Virus record (IMG/VR): IMGVR_UViG_3300042291_001013
DNA from: a virus
Taxonomy: Duplodnaviria; Caudoviricetes
Direction: 5' to 3' (one strand)
DNA length: 64,000 bases
The notes under the pieces were generated by a model. The model saw only the letters and a program-made list of their open reading frames with translations. It had not been told where the DNA came from and ran no database searches. Shown one piece after another: positions 25,854 to 35,893 of this stretch; the first letter of the stretch is position 1; each line of letters begins with the position of its first letter. The position numbers were made by a program, and so were the translations under genes.

Positions 25854-27170
25854 ATGACCAGTCAGATCAACCCAAACAACATAGATGGCAGCTACCCAGT
25901 TGCTGGCCAGCCCAATAACACACAGGGCTTTAGAGACAATTTTACCAATATTAAACAGAATTTTCAATATGCAGAAACTGAAATTGATGATCTGCAAAAC
26001 AAAGTTGTTCTAAAACAAGCCCTGGCCGGTGGTACTTTGAACAACAACATGAACGACAATCTCATGTATGCTGTAAAGTTCCAAGACGTTAGTTACACCT
26101 ATGTGCAAAATGCCACTACTTCGGGCACTGTGCCCTTGGATTTTTCAGCTGGTCAATATCAATTTATTACCACAACAGGTCCTATCACTCTTTCCTTTGC
26201 TAACTGGCCAATTTCAGGATCAGCTGGACTTATTCAAATTGCTGTTAATATTACCAGTACTGCGCACACACTGACTTTGCCGTCAGCAGTGAGTCTAGGT
26301 ACTGTGGGAGTACAAGGCTACAGTAGTAATGTAATTACATTTGCTCAAACTGGTACCTATCAGTTTGCGTTTAGTTCTGTCAATGGCGGAACTACCATAA
26401 CTGTGTACGATCTCAATAGACCACTCAGCTACTACACCAACCCTGTGACCATTTCCAATACCGCAGACAGCACAGGAACATCGTCTGGTGCCCTGATTGT
26501 CAGTGGCGGCGTTGGTGTAGCCGGTAACTTGTACGTGGGCGGCAACATTGTGGGCAGTATTGTTGCAACCGGCAATACTTTTGCAGGCAACACCACTGTG
26601 GGCAATTTGCTCACAGCAGGATTTGTCAGTGCCACAGGCAACATCACTGGCGGCAACATCAATACCGCGGGCTTGGTATCAGCTATTGGTAACATCACTG
26701 GCGGCAACTTAAATTCTGTTAGCCTAAGTCTAAGCGGTAACGTGATATCAGCTCTAAACGTAACTGGCAACATAACTGGTGGCAACATCATGAGTGTGGC
26801 CATTGTCAGTGCGGCTGGTAACGTTACAGGTGGAAACTTGCGCACAGGCGGCTTGATCAGTGCAACTGGTACTGTTACCAGTGCATCAAATATCACTGGT
26901 GGCAACATCACCACAGCTGGTCAAGTCAGTGCCGCAGGTAATGCAATAATTCTTGCAGGCACAGCACCACCAGCTGGTGGCACTACTGGTGCTGGCTTGC
27001 GTATGTCCAGTACTAGCAATCTTGGTTTATTCTTTGGAGCCGGTACTCCCAGCCTTAGCGCCGCGCAAGGCAGTCTCTATATCAATACTACTGGAAGCAG
27101 TACATCAACTCGAATTTATATTAACACCAACGGCTCTACTGGCTGGACGGCTGTGACTACTGCGACTTAA
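25854..27170 (+). CDS. Fibre-like virion protein with Gly-rich repeats
   Basis: N-terminal GQPNNTQGFRDNF attachment region; repeated GN(I/V)TGGN units; TAAATA at 25815. Confidence 0.75.
   Translation: MTSQINPNNIDGSYPVAGQPNNTQGFRDNFTNIKQNFQYAETEIDDLQNKVVLKQALAGGTLNNNMNDNLMYAVKFQDVSYTYVQNATTSGTVPLDFSAGQYQFITTTGPITLSFANWPISGSAGLIQIAVNITSTAHTLTLPSAVSLGTVGVQGYSSNVITFAQTGTYQFAFSSVNGGTTITVYDLNRPLSYYTNPVTISNTADSTGTSSGALIVSGGVGVAGNLYVGGNIVGSIVATGNTFAGNTTVGNLLTAGFVSATGNITGGNINTAGLVSAIGNITGGNLNSVSLSLSGNVISALNVTGNITGGNIMSVAIVSAAGNVTGGNLRTGGLISATGTVTSASNITGGNITTAGQVSAAGNAIILAGTAPPAGGTTGAGLRMSSTSNLGLFFGAGTPSLSAAQGSLYINTTGSSTSTRIYINTNGSTGWTAVTTAT
26637..26909 (+). repeat. Imperfect coding repeats (GNITGGN, 5 copies)
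   Basis: Variants of GGYAACATCACTGGYGGCAAC recur. Confidence 0.8.
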
Positions 27171-28635
27171 TTTTACCCAGTAACTGTTTAAGTTTGGCGC
27201 TTTGTACGTCTGCTGTGATTTTTTCTGCAACCTCGGGTTTTAATTCTTTGCCACCTGGTTGATAATCCCAAGCGTGTGTTCCTGTTGGCTTTTCCCACTT
27301 GGTGGATGTACTGTCCGTTGTTTCGGTGTCAGCAGCCTTGACTTGACTCCGGGCCTTGATTGAATCCATAATGGAACTTTGTGGTCGATTGTATCCTGTT
27401 CCTTCGTCCCCGCCTTCATCAGTAATGCGCATAGTTTCAATGTTGTACTCCAGATCGATTTTTTGACCAACGCCGGTCGAGCTTCGCGACTTCATACACT
27501 GTATTTGGTATTTGCCACGTTCCTTCATTGCTCGGCTTGTGAAAATGCCGAACACGTTATCTGCTGTGTTGATCTTGGAAATACCACCTGAAATATGCGA
27601 GTGATCAAATTCAATTTCTTCCACAGCGGATCTGTTTAACTGCGATGCAGTTACCATTAGGATTCCTAGCTCTTTGGCTAAATTACGGAGTTCTTCTGAA
27701 ACATACTTGTCTTTCACAAACAAGTCGTTGGGACTGACTTTGGCACTTACAGGCATCAGCAAATCCAGGTAGTCAATCATCACAAAGTCTACCTTCTTGC
27801 CTGTTTGAATTTGATACTCTTTCAAATAAGCACGAATGTCATTGATGTTGCTTTGTGCTGGCAAGCCCTTGACTTGATAGTTGCCCGACTTCTTGGCCAC
27901 CAACTTGACCTTGAGCTCTGTGGTGTCTATGTCCTTGCGAATGTCTTTTGTTGACATATTGGTCAACATAGCATCAGTTCGCAATGACGTAAGCTCTTCT
28001 GACAGTTCTAGTGTGATGTAGACACCGCTGAGTCCTGATTGTAGCCAGTTCAAGGCAATGTTCATCATGACCAGTGACTTGCCTGATCCTGAGCCACCTG
28101 CAAAGATGTTGAGTTCACCACGGCTGAATCCGCCATACAACAATCTGTCCAGTTGTGGCCAGCCTGTGCTTACTTGTCCGCCCGAGTTGAAGTATTTCTC
28201 AATGCGAGCCTTGGGATCAGCAAAGTAGTCTGTACCCATGTCTTTAGTAAGAGATATCTGTACTGCATCTTTGATGAGTTTTTCAACAGGTTCATATTCG
28301 CCTTTCTCCAGCAAGTCTGCTGATTTCAAAATAGCACGTTCCAGTTCTTGGCGTCGAGTAAATGCTTCAAACTCGCCCATGAACCAGTCAAAGTGACCTT
28401 CGTTCAAGTCCGGCACCGGTTGCAGTTTAACGCCTGTGGTTGCTGAAATCTGCATCCTATCAGGCATGGTCTTGTGCTTGTCTGAGTGTTCTTTAATGAA
28501 CTCAGCCGCAGGTCTCAAACTCCGGTCAAAGTTTTGCGGGTTGTAGATGTTTTGAACACGCACATAACTTGTGGCATCTTCCAGCATCATCTCTAAAAAT
28601 AATCGTTGGACATCAAGTCCGTAGTCTTTAATCAT
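27157..28635 (-). CDS. Replicative DnaB-like helicase (T4 gp41-like)
   Basis: GGSGSGKS, FVMIDYLDL, VTASQLNR, KSR. Confidence 0.93.
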   Translation of the reverse strand: MIKDYGLDVQRLFLEMMLEDATSYVRVQNIYNPQNFDRSLRPAAEFIKEHSDKHKTMPDRMQISATTGVKLQPVPDLNEGHFDWFMGEFEAFTRRQELERAILKSADLLEKGEYEPVEKLIKDAVQISLTKDMGTDYFADPKARIEKYFNSGGQVSTGWPQLDRLLYGGFSRGELNIFAGGSGSGKSLVMMNIALNWLQSGLSGVYITLELSEELTSLRTDAMLTNMSTKDIRKDIDTTELKVKLVAKKSGNYQVKGLPAQSNINDIRAYLKEYQIQTGKKVDFVMIDYLDLLMPVSAKVSPNDLFVKDKYVSEELRNLAKELGILMVTASQLNRSAVEEIEFDHSHISGGISKINTADNVFGIFTSRAMKERGKYQIQCMKSRSSTGVGQKIDLEYNIETMRITDEGGDEGTGYNRPQSSIMDSIKARSQVKAADTETTDSTSTKWEKPTGTHAWDYQPGGKELKPEVAEKITADVQSAKLKQLLGKIKSQ

Positions 28636-28661
28636 ATAGTATTATAGCACATAAAAAGAAG

Positions 28662-29108
28662 TTAGAATTTTATTTTGTTGCCTAATTTTAACAAATAGGC
28701 AAAAGGATCCGGGTCAAACAAATCAAACAACACACACCCATTGTAGTTCCAGGTAGTTGAACGTGTGGATGGGTAGTCAAGATATTCTTTTATGGAACCG
28801 GGTGTTTGGGTTGATACGATGGGTTTGTATTCAATCCTGGTTAGCACTATGTCTTGATTAATTTTTATGCCTGCCAACGAAACATTCAAAAGTTCTACAG
28901 ATTTTTGGTCATGACTGTTTTTTCCTGATAGTACAAGCATTACTGTATTTGGCAAATAACTCAAAATTTCAACAGTTTCTATTCCATTGTTGATTTTTCG
29001 TGTAGTTGGCAACATCTCAAAATCAGAACCATATGCATTTATAGTCATTGCATTATCGCTGTGTTTGAGATTTAAAATTAGAAGAAAGTTTGTACGTTGA
29101 ATCCGCAT
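28662..29108 (-). CDS. Hypothetical protein (AT-rich accessory)
   Basis: 148-aa ORF coupled to the radical SAM gene. Confidence 0.65.
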   Translation of the reverse strand: MRIQRTNFLLILNLKHSDNAMTINAYGSDFEMLPTTRKINNGIETVEILSYLPNTVMLVLSGKNSHDQKSVELLNVSLAGIKINQDIVLTRIEYKPIVSTQTPGSIKEYLDYPSTRSTTWNYNGCVLFDLFDPDPFAYLLKLGNKIKF

Positions 29109-30442
29109 TGTTGTATTACTTTAACAGTATCAATTGCATTGCGATACCTTGACATTTGATTTTGTCGGAAAGAACTATGATCAATTGTTTTTTCTAACTT
29201 TGTACCTGGCAATATACCCGGTAATGTGCATTGAACTTTTAGTACTGTGCCATTGGCAAAATCACTGTGATTTAAAAACCATTGTCTGACCTGCTGATAA
29301 TCTGACTCTGTTTCTGTTGGATATGACAGAATTATTAGCAGATTCATCGGTACCTGATATTTTTTAGCCATCTCCAAATGATGATCAAGATCTGCATTGG
29401 TAAAATTCTTACCTAGATTGATTCGAACATGCTCAATGATGCTTTCAACGCCAGTTAGTAAAAATCCATTGCTTTTTTTTATTAATTTCCACATGTCTTC
29501 TTTGTGTTGTGTTGCAGATCTAATAATAAAAGATCCTACCCAATGTATCTGGGCCTGAGCGTTTGTTTGGTCATTGTAGGCAGCTATTAGTTGCAATAGT
29601 TTTTTAAACTCTTTTAAATTACCATTGCAAATGCTACTAGCAAATTGAAATCTATACACCTTGTAAGTTTCTATATGTTTTTGTATTTGTTCAAAAATGT
29701 TTTCAGCAGTTAGATACTGAAACTTTTCCCAGAATGCAATTACATCACAAAATTCACAGGCCTGCACACAACCACGGCTATCCACAATTGGCAATGTTGG
29801 ATATCCATATCTAAACAACCTGTAGTCAGAGTAATCTGGGATAGGAAGTTTATTAAATTCTGTGTTGGATTGCCAAGCATGGGAGTTAATGCCAGGATAA
29901 GACATATTTCCACGCACATATTCAACCAAGGACGTTTCGCCATCACCAGTGATATAGTCGTCAATAAATCCTAACTTTTTAACGCGGTCAGGAAATTTAA
30001 ACAAAGAATTTTCCAATGTCTGCAATCCAGGTCCGCCAATTACTATTTTGGCGTCAGGCGCTTGCTGTCGTAACATTGCGCACAGCCAAACAGTAAAGGT
30101 CTGCGTTTGTGAGGAAAACAAACTCAGTCCAATAATAGTAGGGGCATGCGACAATATTTCTCGAGCGTAAAAATCCAGCATTATAACTAAATCGTCCGCT
30201 ATTTCTTCATGTATTTTTTGTCGATTAAAAAAATCAAGAAACAGGTTTCGTTTGGGATTGTGTTGTATTTTGTTGTATATTTCAATATTAAGATCGAGCG
30301 CCACGCATGCGATTCCGTTGGCTTGCAATGATGCTTTTAATACTGCTGGGGCTGCCAATGGAGTATCATCGTCAACAAAAGGCATCGACGCAACAACAAC
30401 TTTAACAATATTCTGTTGATTAGTATTGTAGTCGCTTAACAA
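29078..30442 (-). CDS. B12-binding radical SAM enzyme (class B methylase-like)
   Basis: APAVLKA, LDLN and KIVIGGPG in a cobalamin-binding domain; SRGCVQACEFC. Confidence 0.88.
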   Translation of the reverse strand: MLSDYNTNQQNIVKVVVASMPFVDDDTPLAAPAVLKASLQANGIACVALDLNIEIYNKIQHNPKRNLFLDFFNRQKIHEEIADDLVIMLDFYAREILSHAPTIIGLSLFSSQTQTFTVWLCAMLRQQAPDAKIVIGGPGLQTLENSLFKFPDRVKKLGFIDDYITGDGETSLVEYVRGNMSYPGINSHAWQSNTEFNKLPIPDYSDYRLFRYGYPTLPIVDSRGCVQACEFCDVIAFWEKFQYLTAENIFEQIQKHIETYKVYRFQFASSICNGNLKEFKKLLQLIAAYNDQTNAQAQIHWVGSFIIRSATQHKEDMWKLIKKSNGFLLTGVESIIEHVRINLGKNFTNADLDHHLEMAKKYQVPMNLLIILSYPTETESDYQQVRQWFLNHSDFANGTVLKVQCTLPGILPGTKLEKTIDHSSFRQNQMSRYRNAIDTVKVIQQCGFNVQTFF

Positions 30443-31409
30443 GTTGCTTTTTCCTTAGTTCTATTTTGATTCGACTGGTTTCTCTAGCTGACATTATAGT
30501 TAGCAATGCTCCGAGCCGCCCCAACACAATTACCGCATCATTAACATCTTTGCAACCTTCTGGCCATTCTGGTATACTTACCGCCCAGCCAAGTTCTACT
30601 GCACGATCTATTAGTTCAAGTCCTGCTTTGTCTTGATCAGGTATTACTGTGATTTGTTTTCCAAGACTTCTAATCAGTCTTGCTTGTGTATCACTAATGG
30701 TGTTGTGCATTACTGCTAAGCCAGATATGGATAACGCACAAAATACACCTTCCATGACAAACACATGTTCCCATTCAGTCTTTTGTAAATCCGTACCAAA
30801 CACATATCCAGGTTGCATATGATTAATATACTTGGGCACCTTGTTGTCTAAGAATCTAGCAGTCCAGCCAACTACAGTATTGTTCCAAGTAAACGGCACA
30901 ACCACATGAGGCCTAATCCAATGAATTCCGTCCGTTTTAATAGCAGTCATGATAGGATAATCTTTGGGTACCTGGCGAGTTTGCAAATAATCCCAGTAGT
31001 CTGTCATTTCAGGAGTTACAACTTCTGAGTATGGTGGTAAGTCGTCAGACTCTTCAAATGTTATATCTGCTAATGCTTGAAATGTTTTATTACGGTCATC
31101 TAGAATACCGTGTATGCTACGATGTTTAAGACTTTCTAAGTTTAAGTACTCAACTTCATTTTCAGAAACACCTAACCATCCTAGTAACTTTTTTGCTTTA
31201 AAACTTACTGAACGTCCAAGAACGAAACTTGCTGTGTATGAACAATTAAAACAGTGATAGCTCCAGCCTTGTTCTGCAACTTTGATTCCGCCACGTTGAC
31301 GTTTGTCTTGGGAGTTACCGTTATGCGTACAGCAAACCGCATTGAAACTCAGCCAGCCACTGGGACTGCTTTTTCTTTTTGCGGGTAGGTAACTTAGGAT
31401 ATCCAGCAT
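30420..31409 (-). CDS. DNA primase (T4 gp61-like)
   Basis: N-terminal Zn ribbon (CC...HCFNC); TOPRIM EG and PDQD; KDVNDA. Confidence 0.88.
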   Translation of the reverse strand: MLDILSYLPAKRKSSPSGWLSFNAVCCTHNGNSQDKRQRGGIKVAEQGWSYHCFNCSYTASFVLGRSVSFKAKKLLGWLGVSENEVEYLNLESLKHRSIHGILDDRNKTFQALADITFEESDDLPPYSEVVTPEMTDYWDYLQTRQVPKDYPIMTAIKTDGIHWIRPHVVVPFTWNNTVVGWTARFLDNKVPKYINHMQPGYVFGTDLQKTEWEHVFVMEGVFCALSISGLAVMHNTISDTQARLIRSLGKQITVIPDQDKAGLELIDRAVELGWAVSIPEWPEGCKDVNDAVIVLGRLGALLTIMSARETSRIKIELRKKQLVKRLQY

Positions 31410-31440
31410 CTATACAGTATAACAGATTAGTTACACTAAA

Positions 31441-32511
31441 TCAACGATACTGGACGTTTTCAACCTCGCCGTTGTCAAAAATTGCCACAGCAGAAACTGG
31501 GCTTTGGAATTGCATGGGCACATAACCTGAGCCACCATTCACAATGGTTACTCCGGCAATTTGATTGTTGAGACCAATTGTACAGGTGGCTTCAGCACCA
31601 GCACCGTCGCCTAGAATTCGAATTCTAGGCGGCGCTGTGTACTGATATCCAGCATTGGTTATGGTTATACCAGTTACTACTCCATTGGCAACTACTACGT
31701 TTCCACTGGCACCATAACCAATTGAGTTGTTTAGAGCCAGGCGCAGGATTGGGTGAAATCCAACTACATTGAAATAGTCTGTGGTAGTTTGTGACAGGTA
31801 CTCACGAGATTCAGTTACATCATACCAGGCAGACTCATAGTTTTGAGCGGCTTGCACCTTGGCTGTACCGGTGTAACCCACAAGGTCAAATTTCACAGTG
31901 GTAAAGCTAGACTCATTTGTGGGCATGAAACTGGAATAGAATTCAGTTTGATAAATTGCCACTTGTGGTTGCGGTGTGTTGGCCCAGTCCGGCCAGTTGG
32001 TAGATGATCCGCTTACAAACTGATTTTTGCCATACAGGTCTGGCACTGTGCAATCTGTACTGGGAATAAATTGCGGCAATATGCTGTCCACAATGTTTAT
32101 GTCTGCTCGTGCTTCGGAGTTTGCATTGACATACACTGCCTGCACATAGTTTCCTGAAGTTCGTTGGATACTGTAGCTGGCTGGCTGTGATTCAATATTG
32201 ACAGTTTCATTTGTTTCAAGCACCACTTTTACTCGGCCTGTTGATGCACTAAGTACTTCCATGCTCTTGGTCAATAATAGTCGATCGCCAGCTTGGTTTA
32301 CCAAGCGGAAAACAAAAGAACTACCTGTAATGTTGACAGGTTTTTGGTCTTGGTTAATAAATTCAAATAACAAGACGTTGTCAACGCCTTTGTTGATGGT
32401 TAAAGTTTTAGCATACACTGGGTCATACCTCGCTGTGAAATATCCACCGCTGGTGTCTATCAAAAGTACACGGGCAATTTGCTGATATAAGTACGCAGTG
32501 GTTGAATACAT
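31441..32511 (-). CDS. Putative baseplate/tail structural protein
   Basis: Start MYSTT; C-terminal ITNAGYQYT.PP and VNGGSGY beta-repeats; TAAATA at 32528. Confidence 0.65.
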   Translation of the reverse strand: MYSTTAYLYQQIARVLLIDTSGGYFTARYDPVYAKTLTINKGVDNVLLFEFINQDQKPVNITGSSFVFRLVNQAGDRLLLTKSMEVLSASTGRVKVVLETNETVNIESQPASYSIQRTSGNYVQAVYVNANSEARADINIVDSILPQFIPSTDCTVPDLYGKNQFVSGSSTNWPDWANTPQPQVAIYQTEFYSSFMPTNESSFTTVKFDLVGYTGTAKVQAAQNYESAWYDVTESREYLSQTTTDYFNVVGFHPILRLALNNSIGYGASGNVVVANGVVTGITITNAGYQYTAPPRIRILGDGAGAEATCTIGLNNQIAGVTIVNGGSGYVPMQFQSPVSAVAIFDNGEVENVQYR

Positions 32512-32532
32512 AGGAATCCTTGACAAGTATTT

Positions 32533-32910
32533 ATGGGTAACAATATTTTTGAAAAACTGACGGAAAAGTACCCGTTTATAACCTTGTGCGTGTACGCTAA
32601 CGCAGAGTATGTGGGCGTTGTGCAGAATCGTGATGATACTGTGACAACAATCTACGACTTTGGCAGTGTGCAAACACAACAAGAAAAACTAGAATTTCTA
32701 GAGTTGGCCAGCGTTTGGTGGTGGGAAAGCAACAGATCTATCCCTATCAATATTTTTCTGCGCAAAGAGTGGGACAAGTTTCGCCCAACTCTGCGCACCT
32801 TTGTAAACAAGGATCTTGAAATCTTGCACGGACCCACTTGCAGTTTGCTGGACATTGCTCGCAAGAAAAGCAAACGAAAGAGCATTACGCTAGTGCGGCG
32901 TCTTGAGTGA
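32533..32910 (+). CDS. Conserved phage hypothetical protein
   Basis: 125 aa, WWWESNRSIPINIFL; divergent from the previous gene. Confidence 0.75.
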   Translation: MGNNIFEKLTEKYPFITLCVYANAEYVGVVQNRDDTVTTIYDFGSVQTQQEKLEFLELASVWWWESNRSIPINIFLRKEWDKFRPTLRTFVNKDLEILHGPTCSLLDIARKKSKRKSITLVRRLE

Positions 32911-33463
32911 GTAGATTCATATGCAGGGCAACAAGGGCCGCGTAGGAAACTGCGTGGCTTTTTTTAAATGAGTAGCCTCTACTGTCGTCCCCGTTCCACA
33001 CTTCAGCAAATACTTCTTCCCAAGAGCAAGTTTGCAAGTGTGCTTTGCCTGGACGTATGATTGAAATAAATGCGGCCATCCTGGGAATTGAGTCTGGCTT
33101 CATGACTCGCAGTAGGTCTGTATAGTTTCCCACATGCACCAGCTGAGCGGCCCAGGCGTTGTCAGTCCACAGTCTTGACCATGATGGTTCTATGCCCAAC
33201 ATCTGTTCATAATGTTCGGGACTTTTTACCAGTCCATAAACGCTCATGTTCAAGAAGTCTAGTTTAAAGTATCCACGCTGTTCCGCAGTTTCATAATCTA
33301 ATGCCGCACAACCAATGATGGGATCTGTGGGTATTTCTGTTACATAAATGCCCGAGTTGTGTTTGCGCACACCAGTTGCAGATTCAAGCCGTGCAGGAAC
33401 ATGCTGAATCAATTTCAGCAATGCGTCCCTGTTGGGCATGTCAATGTCAATGTCTGCGCTCAT
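32885..33463 (-). CDS. Miniature DNA polymerase III alpha (DnaE)-like protein
   Basis: DIDID, KHNSGIYV, GYFKLDFL, ISIIRPG and GYSFKKSHAVSY occur in DnaE order within 192 aa. Confidence 0.8.
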   Translation of the reverse strand: MSADIDIDMPNRDALLKLIQHVPARLESATGVRKHNSGIYVTEIPTDPIIGCAALDYETAEQRGYFKLDFLNMSVYGLVKSPEHYEQMLGIEPSWSRLWTDNAWAAQLVHVGNYTDLLRVMKPDSIPRMAAFISIIRPGKAHLQTCSWEEVFAEVWNGDDSRGYSFKKSHAVSYAALVALHMNLLTQDAALA

Positions 33464-34167
33464 AGTCTTACTATACCAGTATTGGGCACGTGGTTTCGAT
33501 TGTAGGTTCCATTGCGTATTTTAACATCTTCCTGTTCAATCTGCAACCTTGTGTCTGCGCTGACAGGGTATTGTGGTAAAACTCTTTCCACATAGTTCAA
33601 ATGCTCAATTGGTGTGTGGTGCATGTCATACTCAATCACGATTTGATCGTGTATGACTTCTTTGAAACTGGGCTTGACAGTGTCTAGCACATTTTGGTAC
33701 AGTTTGAGAATATCATAGTTTGGATTGTAATCTTTGTCTTGATACTGATCGGATTGATGCATGGGCACCATGCTTAAAAAGTGCCAGGTCACACCAGTGT
33801 GCTCTAGTAGAGTTTTTACTGCGGATATAAATGCAAAATCACGTACCATGCAACCACGTTCGTCAATCCAACGTTTGACCCAGTCTCGAGGATAGGTACC
33901 TTGTGTGTATACATTGCCCGGTGTGACCCAGTTCCGGTCCACATATCTATCTTCACGTGCTGTGTTGGTCCAACACACAATCACAGTGTCGCCAGGTTTG
34001 AATTGGTTGCGCTGATTGCACTCATACACAGAGTTTAATATGTAATGGTTGCCGGCCCCTACTCTACCCCAGTTGTGAAATTCCTGTGCTTGGTAGCTCA
34101 AGATATCAGCCCAAGTACTCCACACATAGCTGGTATAGCTACACCCAAATGTAAACAATCTATTCAT
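33460..34167 (-). CDS. SGNH-like protein
   Basis: FGCSYT, NWGRVGAGN, DMHH. Confidence 0.7.
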   Translation of the reverse strand: MNRLFTFGCSYTSYVWSTWADILSYQAQEFHNWGRVGAGNHYILNSVYECNQRNQFKPGDTVIVCWTNTAREDRYVDRNWVTPGNVYTQGTYPRDWVKRWIDERGCMVRDFAFISAVKTLLEHTGVTWHFLSMVPMHQSDQYQDKDYNPNYDILKLYQNVLDTVKPSFKEVIHDQIVIEYDMHHTPIEHLNYVERVLPQYPVSADTRLQIEQEDVKIRNGTYNRNHVPNTGIVRL

Positions 34168-34883
34168 AGCAATCTTTCTAGCTCAGGCCAAAGCCATTCA
34201 CGCACCAAGACTTCACTGGCTTCAGTACCATAGTGTCCGTCGTGCGTGTATGGCAACTTTCGCTTTTCGCCTTCGTCACGACCCACGCCATTGGCCAATT
34301 TGAGACTGTTTCTAAACCATTCATAGCCCGGAAGGAACAATGTGTCCCAGTCCACAAACCAACTGAAAAATATCAGCTTCTTGTTGTGTGCATCACACAA
34401 GGCCTTCATGGCCAACATGTTGTGCAAGGTCTGATACTGCCAGAACCGTGCGCCAGCTGACTGGTCAAGCCAAAAACGATCAAACTGCTCAAGGTCATAG
34501 TCAACCATCTTGCCCAGCCAGTACTTGTTCTCATGTACATTGAGTGTGTAACACCCCATGTCTTTGTAGATGTTGTTGTGTGTGGAGTCTTGATAGTGCT
34601 GGGGTGCAGGTATGGGATGTGGCCGTAGATTCTGTTGCACTTCTTCCCAGGCTCGCATGCCGATCACCACACGACTGGGTTCAGTCAGTTGTACAATCAC
34701 AAGATCCACCTCGGGATCTTTTACAATGTCATGTAACTTCTCAACATAGAAAGCATTGCCAGCACCTGAACTGCAAGCTCTAACCAGCTCACTGCTTAGT
34801 TTGGCACTGACATGATCAGGCCAACTCTGGCCATAGTCTGCTGTGCTAAAGCTGTCACCAAGGGCGGCTAATTTACGATACAT
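34164..34883 (-). CDS. SGNH-like protein
   Basis: LGDSFS, SGAGN, DGHY. Confidence 0.7.
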   Translation of the reverse strand: MYRKLAALGDSFSTADYGQSWPDHVSAKLSSELVRACSSGAGNAFYVEKLHDIVKDPEVDLVIVQLTEPSRVVIGMRAWEEVQQNLRPHPIPAPQHYQDSTHNNIYKDMGCYTLNVHENKYWLGKMVDYDLEQFDRFWLDQSAGARFWQYQTLHNMLAMKALCDAHNKKLIFFSWFVDWDTLFLPGYEWFRNSLKLANGVGRDEGEKRKLPYTHDGHYGTEASEVLVREWLWPELERLL

Positions 34884-35220
34884 CACACAGGGCCACAGCA
34901 ATCTTAACAGCATCTTCTGCACGATCTCTAGCCAATAATGCATCTGCCACAGTAGGATGTTTTTTTGCCAACTCCAACATTTGTTTTTCTTGTTCCATTT
35001 TGCGACGAACCCACTGAACCGCTTCTTGTGCTACGCCGTCCAGTTCAATCTGTGGAATACTCGAACTGAACTGCACCCAGTCAGTCCCATTGTATACTTC
35101 AAAATTTGATCCATTGTACCGGACCATGCCTGCACTGTGTCGACTCATGTCAACATAAGGTGTGCTGTAATTGTTGGCCGCAATATAGATGCCCGGCCCC
35201 GGTGTAATATTTTTAATCAT
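34873..35220 (-). CDS. Conserved phage hypothetical protein
   Basis: GMVRYNG..FEVYNGTDW motif plus a coiled coil. Confidence 0.7.
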   Translation of the reverse strand: MIKNITPGPGIYIAANNYSTPYVDMSRHSAGMVRYNGSNFEVYNGTDWVQFSSSIPQIELDGVAQEAVQWVRRKMEQEKQMLELAKKHPTVADALLARDRAEDAVKIAVALCDVS

Positions 35221-35221
35221 G

Positions 35222-35893
35222 TCACCATCCTGCCTTTGTTAAGATATCCCGTGCATACTCTTGGTCTGCTGGATAGTTGTTAAATTTCTTTTGCCACTCG
35301 TCACTGTCAATGTAGGACCATATCATACCAATTTGATCTGATGCAAGACCGGCTAGAAACTGTTGTCCTGATTCACAGTTGTAGATAATCCAAGGACTGA
35401 TACGACCAGTTGTGACAGCATAGCACATGGCCACACTACTGCCATAACGCAAACAGTCCTGTGGTTGAGCAGAGTTTTTGTCTGCCCAGTCCATGCCAAA
35501 CTCCACTGCTCTTGCTAGAGCATCTGAAACGTTTTCCACACGCAAATACCCAATCAAGTATTCAGTGTAGAGCTGGTCGCTGGACCAATTGTCAATTTTC
35601 TTTTGTTGTTTTAGCAACCACAGCAGATAACGCTCAGGTGCAATTACTTTTGTGTTTACACAGTAACGACCAAACTTTACAAATGCTCGATAGTATGCTG
35701 AGTCCGCAAAATCATCAAAGGTTTTTAACTTGGCTGATCCCTGTGCTTGTTCATAAAACTTAATGTAAGCTCTGTACCCCAACTGTACACCACGTTCGTC
35801 TTGTTCGAATCTCCTGCGCTTGGGCTCACACATGTGAACAGCTATGCTAGTTTCTCTAGCAAACTGTTTTTTACAGTACTGGCATTGGATCAT
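35222..35893 (-). CDS. Zn-finger-containing hypothetical protein
   Basis: N-terminal CQYC...HMC. Confidence 0.7.
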   Translation of the reverse strand: MIQCQYCKKQFARETSIAVHMCEPKRRRFEQDERGVQLGYRAYIKFYEQAQGSAKLKTFDDFADSAYYRAFVKFGRYCVNTKVIAPERYLLWLLKQQKKIDNWSSDQLYTEYLIGYLRVENVSDALARAVEFGMDWADKNSAQPQDCLRYGSSVAMCYAVTTGRISPWIIYNCESGQQFLAGLASDQIGMIWSYIDSDEWQKKFNNYPADQEYARDILTKAGW

